Source: Chlorobiota bacterium (GTDB taxonomy: Bacteria; Bacteroidota; Bacteroidia; Bacteroidales; JAADGE01). From it: a stretch of DNA of 64,000 bases. Every line of letters starts with the position of its first letter. Position 1 is the first letter of the stretch. The stretch is taken from NCBI GenBank assembly GCA_013152535.1, contig JAADGE010000027.1, positions 37,916 to 101,915 of the forward strand, in the 5' to 3' direction. Position numbers and translations under genes: made by a program. The notes beneath the pieces are model-generated. The model saw nothing but the letters and a program-made list of their open reading frames with translations. It had not been told where the DNA came from and did no database searches. This document shows positions 36,130-45,992 of the stretch, piece by piece.

Positions 36130-39100
36130 TTAAAAATCTTTCACTCTTATTCCGAACAATAAAACATCATCTACCTGTTTGTTTTTCCCTTTCCAACTGT
36201 TAAAAGCGTTTAAAAGTGTTCGTTTTTGAATTTTCATTGATTCATTTGAGACTTCGATTAACAATTCTTTCAGCTTTTTAAGAAGAAATTTTTTCTTATT
36301 CGGACCGCCGAATTGGTCAAAATAACCGTCGGAAAACATATACAGCATATCGTTTTCCTGCAATTGAAATTTGTTAAGTTTAAACGGTTTTTCTTTGTAA
36401 TGAATCCCTACGGGTTGTGCATCAGCACTTATTTCAATTATTTTTGCTTCTTCATTGTCTTCTTGTCTGACAATAAATAAAGGGTGATTGGCACCTGCAA
36501 ATTCTAAAGATAAATCTTTTGTATTTATCGCACAAAGAGCTATTTCGATACCTTCGCTTTGGCTGTCTAAATATTTGTTTTGGTGTAAAGATCGCTTAAC
36601 GGCTTTTCTCATTTCTTCCAAAGCTGCAGCCGGGTTTGTAATCCTCTCATCTTGAACTATATCACTTAACACTGCCATGCCCATCATGGCTAAAAAACCT
36701 CCGGGAACGCCGTGTCCTGTGCAATCGGCAACTGCCGGTATTAAATAATCGCCTCTTTTTTTGATAAAATAGAAATCTCCGCTTACGATATCTTTAGGTT
36801 TATAAATTAAAAAATAGTCGGAAATATGTTTTGATATCTCTTGGTCGGACGGTAATACGGCAGATTGTATTTTTTGTGCGTAATTAATACTGTCGGTTAT
36901 ATATTTATTTTTTTCTTTTATTTTGGTATTAGCTTCTTTTAAGTTTTCAGCTATTGTGTTGATTTCTTCATTTTTTTGGTTCAGTTCATTATTTACTTCT
37001 TCCAAATAATCCGCTTGAGTTTGAATTTCTTCTTTTTGGGTCAAAAGTTCCGCCGTTCTGTTTTTTACGATGTTATCTAAACGAATATTTTCTTTTTCCA
37101 ATCGTTTGGCATTTAATTTTACAAAACCCCAAATTACAAAAATTAATAAAATTAAATAAGACATATAGGCCGTTACGGTTCGGTACCACGGCGGGGAAAT
37201 TATAAATGTATAAGCAACCGGATTGCTTTCGGTGCCGTAAACATTTCTGCCTTTCACATAAAATGTGTATGTGCCTTCATTTAAATTTGAATATTCTTTA
37301 AAATTCACTCCCGACCAATCCGACCAGTTGCTTTTTTCTCCGTTTTCAATTTTATAACTATATTCATTTTCAGCACCTTCGTATGAAGTTAATGTAAATT
37401 TAAATAAAATATCATTTAAATTGTAATTGATAATCGGTTTGTTTTTACTGTTTTCGCTTGAACTTTGAGCAGATAATACGCCGGTAAAAATAACCGAATC
37501 GTTTTTTAAACTGATTTTTCGTATTAAGCAAAATGCTTTTTGACTGAAATTTTTTTGATTGTGAATTGTATATTTATAAAGTGTTTTGTTGTTTAAAGCC
37601 CAAAGGATGCTGTCACCGTCTTTATGGATGGTGCTTATTCCCGAAAACCTTTTATACGGAATTGTTTGAACTAAATAGCTTTGATTTTTTTTATCTGTTT
37701 CTGCCGTAAAGGTTTTATTCGTTTTATTATTTCGTGCCAAAAGCCAATAGTTATTTTCAGCAAACTTTTCAAATTGCAAAATTTCATTATCCCCGATTAA
37801 ATTTTCAGTAAAAAAACGGTCTCTGATAAATGTTTTTTTTTCTGAATTATAAATAAATAAACCGTTCTCGGTATTTGCTGTTATCAGAGTATCAATTTTG
37901 TTAATATCCTTGATTTTTGTATCAATTTTAATATTTTCAAAAGAATTGGTTTTTAAATTATATAAAATTGGTTTTTCATTAAGAATTAAGATTAAATTAT
38001 CTTTGTTAAATTCCTCTCCGATATAAACAAGTTTGTCGAATTTATGAATTTTTTCGGGTGATAAAAATGCATGATCTTGATAAACCATTTTATACAAATC
38101 ATAATTTTCGGTAAAATAAACCGTGTTTTTAATATAATCGGATTGAATTATTGAACTGTAATTAATACGATTGACGCTTATTGAACCCTTTTCCGTAATC
38201 CGCTGCATGCCGTATATGGTATTTACATAAAATAAGGAATCCGAATCGGTTTTAAAAATAAACGGAGATAAAATTTGAACGGCATCTTTACCGCTCAGTC
38301 CTTTCACTCCTTTAAATTTACCTTTCGCATAGTAATACAAACCTAAATTGGAACTGACATAAAATTTGTTCCGATACCTTAACACATCATAAATACTGCC
38401 GCTTAAACCATAGCTTTCATTAAATAATTCGTAAGGTGAATTTATGTCAATTTTAGCAATTCCGTATGCTGTACAAGCCCATAATTCATTCTCCGAATCT
38501 ATACATAATGCGTGTATTGTATTGCTCGGCAATCCTTTTTTTTCGTCAATAATCGTGTATATTTTACCTGTTTTGTCAATAATAATAATGCCTTTTCGTA
38601 TGGTGCCGACTGCATATTTTCCGTTTCCGAGATTAACGGCACCGGTATAAAGTTGATTTTTTTGTAAGAATTTATTCGTTTCTGCAATGTTTTTGTTATT
38701 AAAAACAGTTTTATCATCAGTCAATTTGTCGGAATTTTGAATGTCGGGATTATAGATGCTTAAACCGTACAGATTTCCGATAATATCAAAATGATTATTA
38801 TATGAAATCATAAACCAAGGATGTGTCTCGGCTAAGCCTTTTAAGGGAACGATGCTGTCTCCGATAATTTTATTTGTTCCCGTACCTCTCAGGGATACTA
38901 AAACTTGTTTCCTCGGTTTGTAAAGTAAAAACGGAGCTGTATTTGTTTTTAACGTTTTAAGAGAGGGTATTTTCCGGGCATTGTATCTGAATAAAAATTC
39001 TCCTGTTGCAAAATAAACAGTGTTTCCCGAAGATCTTATCGTCCATACATCAGTAAAATGTTTGCTTAAACTGTCTGTGTTTTTTGAAAGTGAAACGTAT

Positions 39101-39426
39101 CTGAATCCGTATCTTTTGCCCGAAGCAAGGTATCCGAATTCTCCGACGGACCCGACATATATTTTCCCGCCCTGATCTTTGCATAAAGAACGAACAGGAT
39201 TGTTATTCGGGAGCTTAACAATTTGCCAGTTACTGCCGTCATAAATCAGAACTCCGGAATTGCTGCCGAAATACATAATTCCGTCAGAATCTTGTTCCGC
39301 ACACCAAATTTGTCCTTCTGCCCGATATTCTTCCGGCAGATATGTATGAATAAAAGGTGTCCCGATTTGAGAAAACAATATTTTCGAAATTAACGAAAAA
39401 AATATGAAGTAAAAAGCTTTCTTCAT
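36130..39426 (-). CDS. Periplasmic two-component-regulator propeller/Y_Y_Y sensor fused to a cytoplasmic PP2C/SpoIIE-type phosphatase
   Basis: The signal peptide ends LFS|Q. About 700 aa of beta-propeller-like repeats are followed by the Y_Y_Y-like NEGTYTFYVKGRNVYG. Then come one TM segment, a coiled coil, and SGDFYF...ADCTGHGVPGGF...DGYFDQFGG (SpoIIE/PP2C motifs). Confidence 0.8.
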   Translation of the reverse strand: MKKAFYFIFFSLISKILFSQIGTPFIHTYLPEEYRAEGQIWCAEQDSDGIMYFGSNSGVLIYDGSNWQIVKLPNNNPVRSLCKDQGGKIYVGSVGEFGYLASGKRYGFRYVSLSKNTDSLSKHFTDVWTIRSSGNTVYFATGEFLFRYNARKIPSLKTLKTNTAPFLLYKPRKQVLVSLRGTGTNKIIGDSIVPLKGLAETHPWFMISYNNHFDIIGNLYGLSIYNPDIQNSDKLTDDKTVFNNKNIAETNKFLQKNQLYTGAVNLGNGKYAVGTIRKGIIIIDKTGKIYTIIDEKKGLPSNTIHALCIDSENELWACTAYGIAKIDINSPYELFNESYGLSGSIYDVLRYRNKFYVSSNLGLYYYAKGKFKGVKGLSGKDAVQILSPFIFKTDSDSLFYVNTIYGMQRITEKGSISVNRINYSSIIQSDYIKNTVYFTENYDLYKMVYQDHAFLSPEKIHKFDKLVYIGEEFNKDNLILILNEKPILYNLKTNSFENIKIDTKIKDINKIDTLITANTENGLFIYNSEKKTFIRDRFFTENLIGDNEILQFEKFAENNYWLLARNNKTNKTFTAETDKKNQSYLVQTIPYKRFSGISTIHKDGDSILWALNNKTLYKYTIHNQKNFSQKAFCLIRKISLKNDSVIFTGVLSAQSSSENSKNKPIINYNLNDILFKFTLTSYEGAENEYSYKIENGEKSNWSDWSGVNFKEYSNLNEGTYTFYVKGRNVYGTESNPVAYTFIISPPWYRTVTAYMSYLILLIFVIWGFVKLNAKRLEKENIRLDNIVKNRTAELLTQKEEIQTQADYLEEVNNELNQKNEEINTIAENLKEANTKIKEKNKYITDSINYAQKIQSAVLPSDQEISKHISDYFLIYKPKDIVSGDFYFIKKRGDYLIPAVADCTGHGVPGGFLAMMGMAVLSDIVQDERITNPAAALEEMRKAVKRSLHQNKYLDSQSEGIEIALCAINTKDLSLEFAGANHPLFIVRQEDNEEAKIIEISADAQPVGIHYKEKPFKLNKFQLQENDMLYMFSDGYFDQFGGPNKKKFLLKKLKELLIEVSNESMKIQKRTLLNAFNSWKGKNKQVDDVLLFGIRVKDF

Positions 39427-39499
39427 CCTGAAAATAATTCAGGATAAAGTTAAAGTATTTTTTTATATTTGTAAAATAAAAATTTATATTTTAATCAAT

Positions 39500-41284
39500 A
39501 TGGAAAGAATAAAAGGCAAGGATTTTATTAACCCGAGGTTTGAGAAAAGATTTAATAATGATATTATTGCAAAGTTTATTTTACAACTGAAAAGATATAA
39601 TAAAATTAATAAAATATATTCAGAAAATATTGATAAAAACGGAGAAAAATTTATTGATTCTGTAATTGATTCTTTAGGAATTCAATTTGAAGTTGATGAA
39701 GGAGATTTAAAACGAATTCCGGAAAACGGAGCTTTTATTACGGTGTCAAATCAACCTTTTGGCGGAATAGACGGTTTGTTACTTTTAAAAATAATATCTG
39801 AAAAACGACCCGACTTTAAATTACTGGCAAATTTTCTGCTTCATACTATTGAACCCTTAAATGATTTTTCTATTCCTTTAACGGAAAAAGATGAAACCAA
39901 TCCTAATAAATTCAGTTTCACTACATTAAAAAGAACTTTGGAACATTTGGAAGAAGGCAATGCTCTCGGAATTTTTCCGGCAGCCGAAATCTCAAAAGTT
40001 CATTCTTTAAATAATATAAGTGATAAAAAATGGCAAAATTCATTAATAAAATTGATTAAACTTGCAAAAGTTCCTGTTGTTCCGGTTTATTTTCAAGGAA
40101 ATAACAGTTGGATTTTTCACTTATTGGGAAATGTTTATCCGGCTCTGCAAACAGCTCGTTTATCCAAAGAGTTTTTTAATAAGAAAAAGAAAATAATTAA
40201 AATACGTATAGGAAAACCGATAAAAGTTTCTGAACTTAACGAATTTCATGAACTTAATTTGTTGTCTCGTTTTTTAAGAGCAAAAACCTATGCTCTCGGA
40301 ACACCTTTTGAAGTAAAAAAGTTTATCCGACCGAAGTTTATTCCGAAAGAGAAAAAAGTTGAAACGATTATAGACCCTGTTTCTTTTGAGAAAATAGAAC
40401 CTGAAATGAAACATTTGAAGAAAAATTATCATCTTTTCGACAGTAATGAATACAGTGTTGTTTGCGGACCCTCTGTAGAAACACCTAATATTTTAAATGA
40501 AATCGGCAGATTAAGAGAAATTACTTTCAGAGAAATCGGAGAGGGAACGAACAGAAGTATTGATATTGATGAATTTGATTTGTATTTTTATCAGTTGGTT
40601 ATTTGGGATAATGACAATAATAAAATTGCGGGTGCATATCGTGTAGGGAAAGGTGATGAAATAATGGAAAAATACGGTGTGAACGGATTTTATATCAATA
40701 CTTTGTTTAACATTCAAAAAGAATTTTATCCGGTTTTAGAGGAATCGTTGGAATTGGGACGATCATTTATAATAAAAGAATACCAACGAAAGCCGTTGTC
40801 ATTATTCTTGCTTTGGAAAGGAATATTGTATTTCTTACTCAAAAATGCCGAATATCGTTATTTGCTGGGTCCGGCAAGTATAAGTAATGATTTTTCAAAG
40901 TTTTCTCAAAGTTTAATTATTGATTTTTTTAAAGAAAACTTTTTTAATAATGATTTGGCAAAATATATTATTCCGCGAAAACGTTTTAAAATTAAACAAA
41001 ATCCGAATTTTGACAATGAAGTTTTTATTCAAAATACAAAAAAAGACGTAAAAAAATTGGATAAGTTTATACAAGATATTGAACCTGATTACAATACACC
41101 GGTTTTGTTTAAAAAATACATTCAACTTAACGCCAAACTTCTCGGTTTCAATGTTGACCCTAAATTTAATAATTGTGTGGACGGATTAATGATTCTGGAT
41201 ATTTTTGACGTACCTTTAAATACACTTAAAGCACTGTCAAAAGAACTGGAAGATGATACTATTTTAGAAAGATTTAATTTTTAA
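39500..41284 (+). CDS. Bifunctional acyltransferase, OlsF-like (PlsC-type O-acyltransferase N-domain plus OlsB/GNAT-like N-acyltransferase C-domain) for amino-acid lipid synthesis
   Basis: The N-terminal half has the acyltransferase block VSNQPFGGIDG...GIFPAAE. The C-terminal half (LRE.TFRE.GEGT....D.D.FD..Y.QL..WD) resembles hemolysin-like/OlsB N-acyltransferases. Length is 594 aa. Confidence 0.6.
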   Translation: MERIKGKDFINPRFEKRFNNDIIAKFILQLKRYNKINKIYSENIDKNGEKFIDSVIDSLGIQFEVDEGDLKRIPENGAFITVSNQPFGGIDGLLLLKIISEKRPDFKLLANFLLHTIEPLNDFSIPLTEKDETNPNKFSFTTLKRTLEHLEEGNALGIFPAAEISKVHSLNNISDKKWQNSLIKLIKLAKVPVVPVYFQGNNSWIFHLLGNVYPALQTARLSKEFFNKKKKIIKIRIGKPIKVSELNEFHELNLLSRFLRAKTYALGTPFEVKKFIRPKFIPKEKKVETIIDPVSFEKIEPEMKHLKKNYHLFDSNEYSVVCGPSVETPNILNEIGRLREITFREIGEGTNRSIDIDEFDLYFYQLVIWDNDNNKIAGAYRVGKGDEIMEKYGVNGFYINTLFNIQKEFYPVLEESLELGRSFIIKEYQRKPLSLFLLWKGILYFLLKNAEYRYLLGPASISNDFSKFSQSLIIDFFKENFFNNDLAKYIIPRKRFKIKQNPNFDNEVFIQNTKKDVKKLDKFIQDIEPDYNTPVLFKKYIQLNAKLLGFNVDPKFNNCVDGLMILDIFDVPLNTLKALSKELEDDTILERFNF

Positions 41285-41331
41285 TACCCGGTTTTTTTTG
41301 TTTTTTTGCAATTCACTTTTAAATTGATTTT

Positions 41332-42021
41332 TTGGATTTATTATTTATTATAAAAGGTTTATTAATCGGAATTTCTGTTTCGGCACCTTTAGGACCTATC
41401 GGTGTTTTATGTATTCAGCGTACATTGAATAAAGGATTTAAGTCGGGTTTAGTATCGGGTATAGGAGCTGCCTCAGCCGATATTATTTATGCGATAATTG
41501 CCGGTTTCAGTATTACTTATATTTCCGATTTTTTAATTGAATACCAAACTTATATTCGAATTATCGGAGGTACATTTTTAATTTTGGTCGGTGTAAGAAT
41601 TGCTCTTTCAAATCCGGCAAAGCAAATCAGAAAATTAAGAATAAAAGGAAATAATTTTTATAAGGATTATATTACCAGCTTTTTGATTACGGTTTCAAAT
41701 CCGATTACAATATTGGCTTTTGGTGCTTTCTTTGCCGCATTTAATATGATAAGCAAAAACGGCGGTGATTTTCCGATAGTAATAATGATTATTACCGTAT
41801 TCAGCGGATCTCTGCTGTGGTGGCTCAGCTTAATAGGAATAGTTACAATTTTTAAGAAACGAATTCGGCTTCGTAATTTATTGTGGATAAACAGAATCAC
41901 AGGTATTCTAATCGTTTTATTTGCAATTTTTGTAATTGTCAGTGCTTTTCTGCCTAAAGATTCTGTTCTTCAGAAAGATTTGAATAAAGAACTTTCTCCT
42001 GTATCAATGGTACAAAAATAA
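41332..42021 (+). CDS. LysE/RhtB family amino acid exporter
   Basis: It has a TTG start. GLLIGISVSAPLGPIGVLCIQRTL is typical of the LysE family. There are 6 TM segments. Confidence 0.75.
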   Translation: MDLLFIIKGLLIGISVSAPLGPIGVLCIQRTLNKGFKSGLVSGIGAASADIIYAIIAGFSITYISDFLIEYQTYIRIIGGTFLILVGVRIALSNPAKQIRKLRIKGNNFYKDYITSFLITVSNPITILAFGAFFAAFNMISKNGGDFPIVIMIITVFSGSLLWWLSLIGIVTIFKKRIRLRNLLWINRITGILIVLFAIFVIVSAFLPKDSVLQKDLNKELSPVSMVQK

Positions 42022-42128
42022 TAAGAGACGTTTTTCTTTATTATTTAGACTACTTCTAAATTAGGGATTATGTATATTTGTCATATTCTTGTTTCTATTG
42101 TTTTTATAAATTTGTTTTTTTAAACAGG

Positions 42129-42584
42129 ATGAAAGAAATTCAACAAATAGAACACGAGGGAATTATTAAAGAAATACATAGTAACAATTTGAAGGTCAGT
42201 ATTATTGCAAAATCTGCATGTTTATCTTGTCAATTAAAAACAAGTTGCTCTGTTTCCGATGTCGAAGAAAAAATTATTGATGTAACTATAAATAATCCGG
42301 AATTATACGAGCAAGGAGAATTAATAACCGTATTTTATAAACAAACACTTGGTTATCGGGCTCTTTTTCTCGGATATTTGTTGCCTTTTATTATTGTTTT
42401 TATTATACTTATATTAACAATATCAATAACGGGAAATGAAGGAATTTCCGGTTTAACAGCCTTAGCCGCATTATTGCCCTATTATTTAATTTTACATTTA
42501 AAAAAAGATAAAATAAGAAAAACGTTTTCATTTTCAATTAAAAAATTAAATATTAAACCCCCGTTCTCGGGTGTTAATATTTGA
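42129..42584 (+). CDS. rseC: RseC/MucC family (SoxR-reducing system) protein
   Basis: GIIKEIHSNNLKVSI...SACLSCQLKTSC is followed by two TM helices. The gene lies immediately upstream of rnfB. Confidence 0.7.
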   Translation: MKEIQQIEHEGIIKEIHSNNLKVSIIAKSACLSCQLKTSCSVSDVEEKIIDVTINNPELYEQGELITVFYKQTLGYRALFLGYLLPFIIVFIILILTISITGNEGISGLTALAALLPYYLILHLKKDKIRKTFSFSIKKLNIKPPFSGVNI

Positions 42585-42600
42585 GTATAATATTTAAGAT

Positions 42601-43506
42601 ATGAACGAAATTATTACAGCAACAATAATTACGGTAAGTTCCGTTGGTTTGGCGGCAGCCGTTATTCTTTACTGGGCATCGCAAAAATTTAAAGTTTTTG
42701 AGGATCCTCGTATTGATGAAGTAGAAAGTGATTTGCCTGCGGCAAATTGCGGAGGCTGCGGATTTCCCGGTTGTCGTAATTTTGCGGAAGCTTGTGTAAA
42801 AGCAGACAATTTAGATGATTTATTTTGTCCCGTAGGAGGAAACGAAACTATGGCAAAAGTTGCAAAAGTTCTCGGCAGAGAAGTTCAGGAAAAAGACAAA
42901 CAAGTTGCCGTAATAAAATGTAACGGTGCTCCGCAATTCAGAAAAAAAACAACCGAATACGACGGTGCCGCAAATTGTACAATTGTAGCAAATTTATATT
43001 CCGGAAATACTGCCTGTCAGTACGGATGTCTCGGATTAGGCGAATGTGTCGATGCCTGTAATTTTGATGCAATGTATATGGATCCGGAAACAGAACTGCC
43101 TGTTGTGTTGGAAGATAAATGTACTGCTTGCGGAGCTTGTGTTGAAGCTTGTCCGAAAGATATTATTGAATTGCGCCCGGTCGGTAAAAAAAGTCGACGT
43201 ATTTTTGTCTCTTGTATTAATCAGGATAAAGGCGGAACGGCTAAGAAAGCTTGCTCAGTTGCCTGTACCGGATGCAGTTTGTGCTTTAAAGAATGTAAAT
43301 ACGATGCCATAATCATTGAAAATTTCTTATCATATATTAATCCGGTAAAATGCGTTCTTTGTCGAAAATGTGTAAGCGTTTGTCCTACAGATGCAATTTG
43401 GGAAGTTAATTTTCCGGCAAGAAAAATAAAACTTGCTGAAAAAGAAGAAGTCGCTGAACAAAAAGTTGATTTGGTTAAAGCAGCAAAGGAAAATACTGAA
43501 GAATAA
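42601..43506 (+). CDS. rnfB: Rnf electron transport complex subunit B
   Basis: It has an N-terminal TM segment, CGGCGFPGC, and several CxxCxxCxxxCP ferredoxin motifs. Confidence 0.9.
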   Translation: MNEIITATIITVSSVGLAAAVILYWASQKFKVFEDPRIDEVESDLPAANCGGCGFPGCRNFAEACVKADNLDDLFCPVGGNETMAKVAKVLGREVQEKDKQVAVIKCNGAPQFRKKTTEYDGAANCTIVANLYSGNTACQYGCLGLGECVDACNFDAMYMDPETELPVVLEDKCTACGACVEACPKDIIELRPVGKKSRRIFVSCINQDKGGTAKKACSVACTGCSLCFKECKYDAIIIENFLSYINPVKCVLCRKCVSVCPTDAIWEVNFPARKIKLAEKEEVAEQKVDLVKAAKENTEE

Positions 43507-43540
43507 GCTAATTAAAATAACAGAACTTAACGCAGATAAA

Positions 43541-44875
43541 ATGTTAAAAACATTCCCGAAGGGCGGTGTACATCCGCCGGAAAATAAATTAACGACTGAT
43601 AAGAAGATTGAAGTTTTGCCGATACCTAAGCAAGTTATCATACCTATTGCACAACATATCGGTGCACCGGCAAAAGTTCTTGTTAATAAAAAAGATAAGA
43701 TAAAAACAGGACAAATCATTGCCGAAAGCGGGGGGTTTGTGTCCGCAAACATACATTCATCCGTTTCAGGAACGGTTTTGAGAATTGATAATATCGCAGA
43801 TGCAAGCGGTTATAAAAGAACGGCTGTTGTTATTAATGTTGAGGGAGATGAATGGGATGAAAACATTGAAAGAGGCGAAAGTTTAAAAAAAGAATGTAAT
43901 TTTGATAAAAACGAAATACTAAAAAAAATACAAGATGCCGGTATTGTAGGTTTGGGAGGTGCAACATTTCCCACACACGTAAAATTACTTCCGCCGAAAG
44001 GAATGAAAGCCGAAGTACTTATTATTAACGGGGTGGAATGTGAGCCTTATCTTACTGCAGACCATCGTTTAATGCTTGAAAAAGGAGAAGAAATTTTAAT
44101 CGGAACTGAAATTCTGATGAAAGCTTTGGGTGTAAATAAAGCTGTTATAGGAATTGAAAACAATAAACCGGATGTAATTTCATATTTAACAAGTATTTCA
44201 AAAAATTATACAGGAATTTCCGTTGTTGCGTTAAAAGTTAAATACCCGCAAGGAGGAGAAAAGCAACTGATTAAAGCTGTAACAGGAAGAGAAGTGCCTT
44301 CCGGTGAATTGCCTATATTTGTTGGTGCTGTGGTTCATAATGTAGGAACTGTATTTGCCGTTTATGAAGCTGTGCAAAAAAACAAACCGCTTTTTGAAAG
44401 AGTCGTAACGGTTACCGGAAAATCGCTTGATAATCCTAAAAATTTATTAGTAAGAATAGGCACACCCGTAAAAGATTTGATAGAATATGCCGGAGGATTA
44501 CCCGAAGATACCGGAAAAGTAATCAGTGGCGGACCGATGATGGGAAAAGCCCTTAATTCAACAGAATCTGCTGTTACAAAAGGCACTTCCGGGATTTTAG
44601 TTTTACCGAAAACAGAATCAAAACGAAAAGATATTAAGCCATGTATTCGCTGTGCAAAATGTGTCGATATTTGTCCGATGGGATTAGAACCCTTTTTATT
44701 AATGACCTTAGCCGAAAAAGCACTTTATGAACGTATTGAAAAAGAGGATGTTATGGATTGTATCGAATGTGGTTCGTGCAGTTATACATGTCCTTCCGAC
44801 AAACCTTTGCTTGATTATATTCGCTTAGGTAAAAGTGCCGTCGGAGCATTGCGTCGGGCAAAAAGTATGAAATAA
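43541..44875 (+). CDS. rnfC: Rnf electron transport complex subunit C
   Basis: It has MLKTFPKGGVHP, GLGGATFPTHVK, NG.ECEPYLTADHRLM and two 4Fe-4S motifs (CIRCAKCVDICP, CIECGSCSYTCP). The start is set at ATG 43541. Confidence 0.92.
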   Translation: MLKTFPKGGVHPPENKLTTDKKIEVLPIPKQVIIPIAQHIGAPAKVLVNKKDKIKTGQIIAESGGFVSANIHSSVSGTVLRIDNIADASGYKRTAVVINVEGDEWDENIERGESLKKECNFDKNEILKKIQDAGIVGLGGATFPTHVKLLPPKGMKAEVLIINGVECEPYLTADHRLMLEKGEEILIGTEILMKALGVNKAVIGIENNKPDVISYLTSISKNYTGISVVALKVKYPQGGEKQLIKAVTGREVPSGELPIFVGAVVHNVGTVFAVYEAVQKNKPLFERVVTVTGKSLDNPKNLLVRIGTPVKDLIEYAGGLPEDTGKVISGGPMMGKALNSTESAVTKGTSGILVLPKTESKRKDIKPCIRCAKCVDICPMGLEPFLLMTLAEKALYERIEKEDVMDCIECGSCSYTCPSDKPLLDYIRLGKSAVGALRRAKSMK

Positions 44876-44966
44876 TGTAAAATAATTTCTGTTTGTTTAA
44901 AACAGTTAAATATTAATAATATTTTAAAATAATAAGTCAGAATTTAATAATAAGTTATAAGATTTT

Positions 44967-45971
44967 ATGTCTAAATTAATTGTTTCACCGTCACCGCATC
45001 AACTCGGAACAAATTCCGTTAAAAAATTGATGTATGGTGTATTAATTGCATTATTGCCGACTGTTTTTATTGCAGTTTGGTTTTTCGGTTTAGGTGCTGT
45101 TGTTGTAATTCTTACATCCGTACTTGCTTCTGTATTATTTGAATTTTTACTTACAAAATACGTGCTGAAAAAGCCTTCAACTATTTCAGACGGTTCGGCA
45201 GCACTCACAGGTTTACTGTTAGCATTAAACCTGCCGAGTAATCTTCCGGTATGGTTGGTAATAATCGGAGCTTTTGTTGCCATCGGAATTGCAAAATTTT
45301 CCTTCGGCGGTCTCGGGAATAATATTTTTAATCCGGCATTGGCAGGACGTGTTTTTTTGTTAATATCTTGGCCTGTTCAAATGACAACTTGGCCGAAACC
45401 AAGCCCTTTAACCGATCATTTCCTTGCTTATACGGATGTTACTACCGGAGCAACTCCTTTAGGTGTTTTGGCAGAAGGTATCCGAAACGGTGAATCTGCA
45501 GTAAAATTAACAAGTCAAGTTCCTGATTATTTTCAGATGTTTATAGGTAACACAGGAGGATCTTTAGGTGAAGTAGGGGCAGCTGCGATATTAATCGGCT
45601 TAGTTTATCTGTTAATGAAAAAAATTATTACGTGGCATATCCCAATTTCTATTTTGGGAACAGTTGCTGTTTTTACTGCAATTTTATGGCTGGCTAATCC
45701 GGTAAAATTTGCAAGTCCCAGTTTCCATTTATTAAGCGGAGGATTAATGTTGGGAGCTGTATTTATGGCAACGGATTATGTAACATCGCCGATGAGCAAA
45801 AAAGGTATGATATTATATGGAGTATGTATAGGTTTACTGACAATTATTATTCGTGTTTGGGGTGCTTTTCCGGAAGGTGTTTCATTTGCAATTTTAATTA
45901 TGAATGCCTTTGTTCCTTTAATCAATATGTATATGAAACCGACAAGATTCGGCGAAAAAATTAAAAAATAA
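44967..45971 (+). CDS. rnfD: Rnf electron transport complex subunit D
   Basis: SPSPH, FNPALAGRVFLL, ATPL and FMATDYVTSP are RnfD/NqrB-type motifs. The protein is polytopic. Confidence 0.9.
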   Translation: MSKLIVSPSPHQLGTNSVKKLMYGVLIALLPTVFIAVWFFGLGAVVVILTSVLASVLFEFLLTKYVLKKPSTISDGSAALTGLLLALNLPSNLPVWLVIIGAFVAIGIAKFSFGGLGNNIFNPALAGRVFLLISWPVQMTTWPKPSPLTDHFLAYTDVTTGATPLGVLAEGIRNGESAVKLTSQVPDYFQMFIGNTGGSLGEVGAAAILIGLVYLLMKKIITWHIPISILGTVAVFTAILWLANPVKFASPSFHLLSGGLMLGAVFMATDYVTSPMSKKGMILYGVCIGLLTIIIRVWGAFPEGVSFAILIMNAFVPLINMYMKPTRFGEKIKK

Positions 45972-45992
45972 AACGATTTTAATACAGATAAA

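Noticed and set aside
36126-36132. Convergent stop codons of the M64 peptidase and the Y_Y_Y phosphatase genes only 1 nt apart, with no terminator hairpin
   Set aside because: Tight convergent packing occurs elsewhere in this window (tdk and the cyclase gene). On its own it indicates nothing beyond genome compaction.
43330-43752. 140-aa antisense ORF across the rnfB/rnfC junction. Similar antisense ORFs occur at 45776..46156, 46855..47151, 47582..47854, 48849..49292, 22867..23244 and 23689..24165.
   Set aside because: They lie entirely opposite strongly supported genes. Their composition is low-complexity or Cys/Phe/Ile-rich, typical of shadow frames in AT-rich DNA, and they have no motifs.
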